From: Narcine bancroftii
Taxonomy: Eukaryota
DNA length: 64,000 nucleotides
NCBI RefSeq assembly: GCF_036971445.1
Contig: NC_091480.1
Span: 84,320,001 to 84,384,000 of the forward strand
Direction: 5' to 3'
Shown here in pieces: positions 50,263 to 60,047 of this stretch. The notes under the pieces are model-generated. The model had not been told where the DNA came from, ran no database searches, and was given only the letters and a program-made list of their open reading frames with translations. Each line of letters opens with the position of its first letter. The stretch's first letter is position 1. A program made the position numbers and the translations under genes.

Positions 50263-51305
50263 CTTACCTTGTTGAAAGGTTGCCTTACCTTGATGAAGGT
50301 TTGTCATACCTTGATGAGGGTTTTCCCTACCTTGATGAGGGTTTCCCCTACCTTGATGAAGGTTTGCCCTACCTTGATGGTTTGCCGTACCTTGATGAGG
50401 GTTTGCCCTACCTTGATGAGGGTTTTCCCTACCTTGATGAGGGTTTCCCCTACCTTGATGAGGGTTTGCCCTACCTTGATGAGGGTTTTCCCTACCTTGA
50501 TGAGGGTTTGCCCTACCTTGATGAGGGTTTGCCCTACCTTGATGAGGGTTTGCCCTACCTTGATGAGGGTTTGCCCTACCTTGATGAGGGTTTGCCGCAC
50601 CTTGATGAGGGTTTGCCCTACCTTGATGAGGGTTTGCCCTATCTTGATGAGGGTTTGCCCTACCTTGATGAGGGTTTGCCCTACCTTGATGAGGGTTTGC
50701 CCTACCTTGATGAAGGTTTGCCCTACCTTGATGGTTTGCCGTACCTTGATGAGGGTTTGCCCTACCTTGATGAGGGTTTTCCCTACCTTGATGAGGGTTT
50801 CCCCTACCTTGATGAGGGTTTGCCCTACCTTGATGAGGGTTTTCCCTACCTTGATGAGGGTTTGCCCTACCTTGATGAGGGTTTGCCCTACCTTGATGAG
50901 GGTTTGCCCTACCTTGATGAGGGTTTGCCCTACCTTGATGAGGGTTTGCCGCACCTTGATGAGGGTTTGCCCTACCTTGATGAGGGTTTGCCCTATCTTG
51001 ATGAGGGTTTGCCCTACCTTGATGAGGGTTTGCCCTACCTTGATGAGGATTTGCCCTACCTTGATGAAGGTTTGCCGTACCTTGATGAGGGTTTGCCCTA
51101 CCTTGATGAGGGTTTGCCCTATCTTGATGAGGGTTTGCCGTACCTTGATGAGGGTTTGCCCTACCTTGATGAGGGTTTGCCCTACCTTGATGAAGGTTTG
51201 CCCTACCTTGATGAGGGTTTGCCGTACCTTGATGAGGGTTTGCCGTACCTTGATGAGGGTTTGCCCTACCTTGATGAGGGTTTGCCCTACCTTGATGAAG
51301 GTTTG
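50263..51305 (+). repeat. 21-bp minisatellite (cctaccttgatgagggtttgc)n, ~50 units, with a 354-bp higher-order duplication
   Basis: Diagnostic variants recur 354 bp apart (gatgg 50376/50730; gccgcac 50594/50948) = 16x21 + 1x18. Confidence 0.95.
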
Positions 51306-51539
51306 TTCTGGTGAGTTTCTCTGGCATTGTTTTACTCTTCGACTCCTCCTGCCACAGGTTTAAGCGAGTTTATGTCCCATCTCACAAGGCACAATTACCC
51401 TTGGGGGTCTCATTGCCTGGCTGCAATCGTCCCCTAACCCTGAAGACCCTTTCTATATCTATCTCTCTATATATATGGGAATGTTTCTCTTTGGTGCTTT
51501 ACCGGGCTTTAAAATGCAAGAAGATTCCCAAGCCAACAC

Positions 51540-52680
51540 TTGGAAGAGTTCGGCAACTCTGGCCGCGGGAGAGGGGAGAGCTCCTGGCCCTGCAAACCTG
51601 ACCGGTGCTCCTTGCCCCAGCATTGGTAAACGACGAAGCCCACGTTTAGGCGGAGAATCGAAACGGTGTTTGTCCGAACTTGGGGAGGCACTTCATGTCG
51701 ATGGGACCCAAAGCTGAAGCCAAATCCGCTTTCACTTTCGCATCTGCTCATCTCGCAGCGGGGGGTTTTTTTTGGTGGTGGTTGTTTTCAACGCGGATCG
51801 GCGGGGTAGACGGAGGTAGGACTCGGTCCCTTCTCTGTGCTGGCGGAGTTCGATAGAAACCATTCAGCGAGCTCCCCGGGGCTTCTCTCCACGGGAAGGG
51901 GGTGTGGGTGGGTAGGGGGGGGGGGGGTGTGGGTGGGTGGGGGGGGGTGTGTGTGGGTGGGTAGGGGGGGCAACATCTGCAGGAATCTTTTGGGGGGGGG
52001 GTGCAAAACCGAAAGCTCCGACCGCAGCAAGTGGATCCTTCTGCGGAGGGGGGGGGGGGGGGGTGGAAGGCACAGAGGAGCCGTCACCCTGAACCCAATG
52101 CAGCACAGACGTGGTGGGGGGGGGGGTTTGCTCTGGACGCGGGTGGCCTGGTTAATTTCCATGTTGCAGAGGCCCATGTTAATTTCAAATGGCATCAAAG
52201 AAGCATCGCCTGGCTCGTAGCAAAATGCAGACAGCCCTCAGCGAGCCGCCCCCTTATCCCCCCGAGTCGGAGGGCTTTGGTGGTGGGTGGTGGGGGGTTC
52301 AAGCCATGTCGTTTGACGCTGGCATTTAGATCGAGGAAGTGCTCGTCTCAGCGGGAAGCCCTGATACCCCGGGCTGGGTGGAACAGTCCCTGCCGCCTCA
52401 GTCTCGGGCTCCGTTCTCCCCATCCAAAGCGGCTTCTCTTCTAAGTGGTCCCTTGGGTCGGTGGGGAGGGGGAGGGGGAGGGGGGTGACTCGACCCCCCC
52501 CCCCCACCCCGCAGCTATTGTGTGTGTGGTTCCGCATTGGGGGGGTTTTGAGTCTCCCCCCCCCCCCCCCCCCCCCCCCCGGCCACCACGCCCAGACTCG
52601 ACGATCTTGCTGCCCGGTTCCTTCTCCGCTTGGACGGGGCTTCCTGCAAGTCAGAGCGGGCGTGACGCTTTTTGATGGAT
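51540..52680. promoter_or_regulatory. CpG island, probable promoter and first exon of the RBM43/DTX3L-like gene
   Basis: GC/CpG-rich; ISRE-like TTTCACTTTC at 51730-51739, GAATCGAAAC near 51655, AAAACCGAAAG near 52005; candidate donor cggag|gtagga after 51815. Confidence 0.65.
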
Positions 52681-54369
52681 GCTTTCAGAGCTCAGAAATG
52701 CAGCCCCCCCCACCCCCTTCGGCCCTTCTAGTCGGCCTAGTCCCACTGACCTGCCCCACCAGACCTCTCCCATCCAAATCCTTGAAGGTTAAAATTGAGC
52801 CCGCTTCCAGACTCCCACCCCTCTCTGGGATCCCCCAAACCTTTCCCCTTGCACTCTTAACATCTGTTGCCATCCTAGGGACTGTGTTTCAGGAAGGTGC
52901 AATTCACCCAGAACTGGGAGGAAGACTGTTATTGATCCTTCCAGAGGAATGAGAGAATTCTGCGCAGTCTCACGCCAGTACTGTGGCTGGAGGGTGCGTG
53001 GAAGCAAACAGTAGAGCGAGGCGCTCTCCTGCATCATGGACATTATCCTTGCACCAGACCTGGAGTCTTGACTTCCATGTGTAGTCAAAAGCAGTCAGTG
53101 AGGGGATGGTGAATTTCTTCATTGATGTTTGCCTTCATAGGGTGGTGGTTCCTGAGAAATGAGAAGGGCTCTGCACTTTCCAAGGACTCTCCATGGATAC
53201 ATTGATGGGGGAAAGAGATTTGGAGAGGACTCTTTGTGGGTTTCTAGTCTAGGGGCCCATTCAGTCAATGCGACTTGGAGCTCATCCTTAATTAGCACCC
53301 ACATCGGGTGGTGAGGCATCATAGCCATTTATGAGGTTAGGCTTCACCTTGTAGGATGTAATGGCCTGCAAGTCCCACCCTAGCTGGCGAGTCCCCCTTG
53401 ACTTCCTGTATATCACCAGTCTTGGACATTATTGACCTCACACTCAGCAGGTTGCAAATCCATGACTTTTTGTTGGGGTACTCGTGTTATGTAGTGATGT
53501 AGAATTATAGAGTTGCAGGACAGAAAAAAGTTCAGAAGCCCAGTCACCCGTGTTCTTCCCAGTCCCTCCCATTAATCCATTAAATGGGTGATCGATAGGC
53601 TAATGGGCTTGATTCTGGCCTGTATCTTTCGATAACTCTAGGAGTGAACACTTCGACTGAGAGTTTCCCACTGATTCAGAAGTGATGTGATCCCAGCTTT
53701 ATACTTTGAATTTTGTCAACCTGATTCAAATCCTCAAACCCCTGTGGTGGGTTTTGAATTCAAAAGGTCACCTGCTTATTAGAGATTTGCAATTGATGAG
53801 ATCTTGTTGTGTTCAAATTGAGCGCAGCAGTACTTCCTGCATTAACACTGGCTGCATGTTCAGTGAAGACATTAACAAACACAGAAAGCTCTGGGACATC
53901 TGATGCTGTGACAGCCACTGTGTAGGTCCAGTAATCCATCTGATTCGTTCATGGCCTGTGAAAAATTCGAAATATTTATCCAGTCCAACCAAGTGTGACA
54001 CTGATATCCTCTTGCAGGGCAGTCAAAAAATTCTCTTTTTTTCATTCATATTTTCTAATTGAGGGGATCAGCTCTTAAATCAGTGGTGTATCTTAGAGCA
54101 TGCCAATCTATCCCCCTCCCCCACTTATGTGAATGGACAGTGGGGTGATGGGGATGGAGAATCAATGCCTGATCCCTGATTTTAACTCTCCAGAAGATAC
54201 TTGATGCCCAAGTGTAGAAGGTTTAACAATAGCCAATTCTCCCCAGTGATATCTGAGGCCTTTCCTCACTTCCAGCAATAACTTCAGACCCACCTCCAAG
54301 TTTAGTTTTGGCTGCATGAAACTCAGAACCCCAGATGAAAGAAGACAGAAAGAGACAATTTGTTTTTTC

Positions 54370-54770
54370 AGATTCTGATTTCAGATTTATCGTCAGAGTA
54401 CATACATGACATCACCTACAACCCTGAGTATCTTTTTCCTGAGGGGAAGGCAGAATTACCACTTATTGGTAGTGCAAAACAAAAGTACACGTGTAAACAA
54501 ACTGACCGTGCAATACAGAGAGAATAAAAACAAAGTGCACAAGTAGGAGTCCCTAAATGAGTCTCTGATTGAGTTTGTCGTTGAGGAGTCTGACGCTGGA
54601 GGGGGAGCAGCTGTTCCTGAACCTGGTGGTGCGAGTCTTGTGGCACCTGCACCTCTGTCCTGATGGCAGCAGCGAGAACAGAATGTGTGCTGGATGGCGT
54701 GATCCTCTCTGACAGCAACGTTCCCTGAGGATGTTTGGATAATGGGGAGGTTTTGCCTGTGATGTGTTTG
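54370..54770 (-). mobile_element. Rex1/Babar-like LINE 3' end
   Basis: HPAHILFSLLPSGQRCRCHKTRTTRFRNSCSPSSVRLLN. Confidence 0.7.
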
Positions 54771-54909
54771 GTGGCACCTTTTATATCTGGTGAAAGTTGC
54801 TGTATGAGTTGCAGTCACTGAAGCACTTTTGTAGTCACTGCCGCAATTAAGGGACTGCAGAATTCATTGGAAACTTTTTGTGCTTAAACTTTCTCTGCTT
54901 CAGATTAAA

Positions 54910-55084
54910 ATGAAGAAAACCATACTGGTGTCTAATCTCCCCACGGGTGTTCCAAAGAGGAGTCTTGAAGATAAACTCACAATCCACTTCTTGCGGGCTA
55001 AGAATGGAGGAGGTGAAGTCATCGACGTGGTGTTCCCGAATCAGTTGCTCTCATCTGCTTATATAATTTTTGATGAGGAAGAAG
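54910..55084 (+). CDS. RBM43/DTX3L-like protein, first recognisable coding exon (NID/PARP14-type RRM-like domain)
   Basis: cttcag|attaaaATG; MKKTILVSNLPTGVPKRSLEDKLTIHFLRAKNGGGEVIDVVFPNQLLSSAYIIFDEEE(G)|gtagga; an additional upstream coding exon cannot be excluded. Confidence 0.85.
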
Positions 55085-55488
55085 GTAGGATGCAAAGAGG
55101 AACGAACATTAGCCAACCTCTGATAAAGCGAACGGTGGTTCCTAAAGCTTGAATCAAAACGAAATATGGAGAGTAATTTGGTTGTCAATGGCAGGGTCTA
55201 GTGGAGGTTCTTGAATCAAATTGCAAATGTTATGGGCACTTTGATACAGCCAACACTTTTTATTGGCCTCTTTTAAACTGCAGCACCTGGGTATCTCTCC
55301 TGGGACCCAGGTGCGATTACTGGGGCAAAGGTGCTGGAAGCACCTTTTATATTGCAGGGGGATGTACCCAGCAGTTTAAGGGGGATCCCGCCCCTGTAAT
55401 GACGCGGGTCGTACTCACCGGAAGTACTGCCGAATGTTTGGATGCTGCCTGCCCGGTGATGCAAAATGGAAAACCTTTCTCTTTATAG

Positions 55489-56420
55489 TGTTATGAGCCC
55501 AGAGGACCCCAAAACCCAGCAGCAATATTCATCCAGCAAATGGTTACTTAAATAAAAGTTGCTTTTAATTATCTTTAAATATGAAAATATAATCAAACTT
55601 TAACTTATCTCTATTGACTTACTAAACCTAACTTAACCCCCTTCTAATTCTAAGCACACATGTGTGTGTAAGTTCAGAAAAGTTCTTTGGTTCAGAGTCC
55701 AATCTCACTTCTCACTCCTCCAAGTTCACTGGTTGCAGGCAACTCTTATACTGTGCACAGAATTTAACATGTATAAAGTTCACCAGGCTTTGGTGCTTGA
55801 AAGGTAAATGGTTACCGCTCAGGAAGGTTCTTGTCAGTTTTCAGAGAGAGATTTGTTGTTCCTTTTTAATCAGCCAGTTCAGAGTCTTGTTGACAAAACC
55901 TGCCCCTTCAGGGTCCTCCAGATGATAACCTTTTTCTTTCAGGTCACCACAGAGTTCCTTCTTGTTTCCCTTATTCCACATGAAACACAAGGGTTTTGAC
56001 TAGACCGTCTTACAACTGTGCTTTCCCTAAGTTTGCCAGTTTGTCCTGTTCTAGACCCAGCTGCTGTCTGCTGACTGTAACACTGTACAAGTGATCTGTG
56101 TGTGTGTGTGTGTCTCGCTGTCCCCGAGAGAAAACCTGTTTGGCTCTCTCTGCTTGCAAAGCCACATGACCCTCTCAGAACACCAAGTTCTCTTCCAGAC
56201 AGCAGCAGTTCCTGCATGCTCTTTCATCTGTTGCCTTTTGCAAACAACAATCCATTAGTGAAGTCTCGAGCATTCTTCAAAAGCTCTTGCAAAAGCTCTG
56301 GAGCCGATACGTCTACCATGGTGCAATGCTCCAGTATTTTAAATAAGATCTGTTTTAAAGTGTTTGTATGTGACCTTTCCCAATTTATCTCCCAAAAACC
56401 TACCTATATACTCTGTCACA
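55489..56420 (-). mobile_element. Solo LTR (~930 bp, Gypsy-like)
   Basis: tgttatgag...ctctgtcaca TG/CA ends; reverse homologue of 30286-31305. Confidence 0.72.
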
Positions 56421-57172
56421 TATATCTTTATCTCCTGTGGACTCTGCGAGACCTGCTGAGTTTCTCTAGCATTTCTGTGTTTTTAACTACAATCACGTCC
56501 TGCTCTCGACTCCTGCATTTGGAATTCTCTTCATTGCTCGGAGAAAAACACCCTCGTTTTTGCTCAGATGCAACAGACTGACGGACTAAGAGTCGGTAAA
56601 AGGAAACTTGGTGTTTACGGCACCATGAGTGGGAATGAGAACGTGCCAAACAACTCAGCAATCAATCTATATCAGTTTATCCCCAGAACAGATTCCCTTT
56701 GAAAACTGGAGCAAACGGAAATTAAAGCAACTTTGTACTGCAAAAGTAGTGTGGTTTCCAGAGGAGGATGTTTAAGTGGAGGATAGTTATTATGTACATG
56801 AATTAATCTCAGTCACTAAGAGCAGGATGAAATCCTGCTTGATTAACAACAAAATAACCCAATCCTGTCCTCTGCAACTTGTTTTCCAAAAGTGGTCTGA
56901 CTCATCCTCTAAATGCAATTATTTGATCCCCTTTTAAAACTGCTGCTCAATCCAGTTCAACCCTATTGTTTGCATGTTTTAAGATGGCAATCCATAATTA
57001 GCTCTCAAGGCAACAGGTTTTCTTTTAGGCTGCATTTAGTGGCATAGCTGTAACCTCAGCTATCACCAGGTTTCTCTGGTATTGTTCAGAAATGGTGCAG
57101 GAGCTGCCAACACAAGGACAATGCAGGAGAAGTGGATTTAACAATAGTTTTCTGAAGGGAATAAAATAGGGA

Positions 57173-57350
57173 GGCACGGTTAGTTAGTGCAATGCTGATA
57201 TAGCGCCAGTGACTGGGGTTTGAATCTGGTGCATTCTCCTTGTGTCTGCATGGGTTTCCTCCTATCCTTCAAAATGTACCAGGCTTGTAGATCAATTGGC
57301 TCATGAGGCAAAGGGGCTGGTACCGTGCTGCATGTTTAAATTTAAAAAAA
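57173..57350 (+). mobile_element. HE1/V-SINE-like SINE (internally deleted)
   Basis: ggcacggttagttagtgcaatgctgatatagcgccagtgactggggtttgaatc...tgtgtctgcatgggtttcctcc. Confidence 0.6.
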
Positions 57351-57509
57351 TTAAAAATTAATTGCACGAAAGGGGTTAGAATTGAACTGGTTCACTGGCA
57401 CTGTGGAACTGCAATGCTTTTGAGGCCGTTTTTTAATAGCTGTCTGGCAATGTTAGCAAGTCTCTATATTTAAGATTTTAATTGTAATTTTTTTGTATTC
57501 CTTACTCAG

Positions 57510-57613
57510 TGGCTCAACGAGTTCTCCAAGTTGAGAATCATATTCTTGAAATAAATGGGAAACAGTACAAATTAAAAGTGAAATCTGTCAACACTGAGAT
57601 CAAAGTTGATGAG
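57510..57613 (+). CDS. RBM43/DTX3L-like protein, second coding exon
   Basis: ttactcag|(V)AQRVLQVENHILEINGKQYKLKVKSVNTEIKVDE|gtaatg; phase 1-0 links the flanking exons in frame. Confidence 0.85.
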
Positions 57614-58339
57614 GTAATGAAGAATTATTCATATATTTTCATACGGATTTTCTTTTTATGTTTCACATGTGAGGTGCCAAATTAAGGCTCAGATTTTATA
57701 CGTATGATACAAAAGAAAGTTCTGAATATACAGGACTTTCAGTAGAAATGTTATAAATACTTTCAAAAAAATACCAATAGCTTATTATTTATTCTACTTG
57801 AGGATAAATATTGAAAATCTTCATGAAAACCAAGAATGTTATGTAGTGTAAGGTTTCCTGGTTTCTTTTGTGAGGTGTTGTTTCCAGGTTGCTGGGGAAT
57901 CTTTTCAAATTTAAGAGCGAATTATGTATGCTGACTGTTGATAATTTGTTAAAATGACTATTTACTGTTCAATTAATTGAATCATAAAGGATTACAACTT
58001 AAAGTTGTTAAAATTATGTCATTTTTAATTGCCCCTTTCTATAAAAACAACTAGGCTATGTAAATTTCTAAGATTGTAATTAGAACTTTGTTCCTAATTC
58101 CTTGGGTGGAGTGTGAAACGCTTGAATGGATAGTTTCCATTTTAAATATTGATTCTGCAATTTATAATGCAATTGTCATAATAAGGATAGAATGTATGCT
58201 ATTAAAATAAAATGGACTCAAATCAGTACTGCAAGGTCTAATTAACTGTTCAAATGATGCAAAGTTGACTTGGATATATAAATCCCAAAGTCTCCTCATA
58301 CCCAGTCCAACCCATTCTCTAAAACCTGCATCCAGCTTA

Positions 58340-59650
58340 GTTGGCTGAAAAAGATGGAAATACTAAGGAAACAATCTTCTAAATTGTGCCCATACCCATA
58401 ATCTATGTCTCATAATCAGATTATCTGTTAATCTTGAAAATGAGAAAGCTAAGGAAGAGTCTAATCTGCTAACTTTTTTTGAAAAATTCAATTCCATTTC
58501 CACCCAAGCAGGGTGATCATCTAAGGTATCAAAATGTAATAACAATAATACATTTTATATATTAACTGTCTAATAATAATATCTAAAGTTTGGGAGAGAC
58601 AAGCCCCCAAGCTTTTTATTTCTTTGAAGATAAGTTTTGTTTTACGAGGCTGTTTGTCCTGCCACATATAAGAAGAAATAATCAAATCTAATGAGTCAAA
58701 TTAGGTTTTAGGAACAAAAATTGGTAAGGATTGGAACATGTACAAAAATTTAGGTAAAATGTTCATTCTAATTGCTTTGTCCAATCATTCACATAGACAA
58801 AGATGTCCATTCTGTTGATTGTTTAGTCTGTTTAATTAGGCCAAGGAAGTTTTGTTTTAATAAATTCTTGCAACTCTTTTAAATTGTAATTCCCAAATAT
58901 TTAAACTGATCTTTAACTATTTTGAAAGGGAAATTGGCGTAAACTGTCAAAGATCCATTAATGGATAGTAATTCACTCTTATAAAAATTTATTCTAGGCC
59001 CAGAAAATTTACTAAATTGAGCATACAGTGATAATATGGTTAGTAATGAAGTCTCGGGGTTAGAAATATATAATAAAAGATCATCTGCAAATAAGGAAAC
59101 TTTATGTTCAAATTTCTTTCTGAAAATACCATTGAATTCTCTAGTATCCCACAAAGCTGCGCTGAAGGTTCCAATCTAAGATCAAAAAGCAAAGGGCAAC
59201 CATGTCGAGTTCCCCTATAAAGGCTAAAAATATTTGATTGTTGCATATTTGAGTGCATTGAAGCCATGGAGCATAAATATATTATAATATATTAATCCAC
59301 TTAATAAAAACTGGATCAAAATTAAATTTCTTTAAAACTGCAAACATATATTCCCATTCAACCCGATCAAAGACTTCTTTGGCATCTAGCGATAACACAC
59401 ATTTATTCGTTAGAGGGAAGATGTACTATATTCAATAGTCAATGTATATGATAATATGAGTGTTTTTAATAAAACCTGTCTGATCAGTATTGATAATTAA
59501 TGGTAAAATATTCTCTATTCTATAGGCTAAAATTTTAGATAAGATCTTCATATCTACATTAAGTAAAGAAATGGGTCTATAAGAGGTACATTCAGTTCAT
59601 TCTTTCCCCTTCAAAATAAGAGATATGTTCACTTCATTAAAAGAGGAGGA
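58340..59650 (-). mobile_element. L1/Tx1-like ORF2 reverse-transcriptase fragment
   Basis: GTRHGCPLLF, HKVSLFADDLLLYISNP, FKYLGI RT motifs, frameshifted. Confidence 0.85.
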
Positions 59651-59665
59651 AGTCCCCCCTCCCTA

Positions 59666-59791
59666 TAGTGGTTCTCAACCTTTTTCTTTCCACTCACATA
59701 CCACGTTAAGTAATCCTTTACTATGGCATAAGTTAGTAAGGGATTACTTAAGGTGGTATGAGAGAGGGGAATAAAAGTTTGAGAACCAATG
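59666..59791. mobile_element. hAT-like palindromic MITE
   Basis: agtggttctcaacc...taagtaatcc...ggattactta...gagaaccaatg. Confidence 0.65.
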
Positions 59792-59844
59792 GTCTAATTT
59801 AAAGAAAACTGAAATATCTTGGGTCTCTGTGTAGGTTTACTATT

Positions 59845-59998
59845 TACACCCAACACCCAACCAACCAATTTTCCCTTGCAACCGCTGCAACCGTGCCTGC
59901 CTGTCCCGCATCGGACTTGTCAGCCACAAACGAGCCTGCAGCTGACGTGGACATTACCCCTCCATAAATCTTCGTCCGCGAAGCCAAGCCAAAGAAGA
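59845..59998 (+). mobile_element. RTE LINE extreme 3' end, ~50 bp upstream of the large exon acceptor
   Basis: Near-identical to 42290-42449. Confidence 0.8.
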
Positions 59999-60047
59999 AA
60001 GAAGGAGAATGGATACTAATTACTGTTAATCTTTATTTTGACAACAG

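Noticed and set aside
50196-51363. 372-, 366-, 364- and 216-aa ORFs (LPYLDEG repeats etc.)
   Set aside because: They are translations of a 21-bp minisatellite that lacks stops in several frames on both strands; there is no splice or homology support. It is not a CRISPR array either, as there are no unique spacers.
51788-52952. Gly/Pro-rich ORFs and long poly-G/poly-C tracts (possible G-quadruplexes)
   Set aside because: The ORFs arise from homopolymer runs; such runs occur throughout the window, and their lengths are error-prone, so no specific function can be supported.
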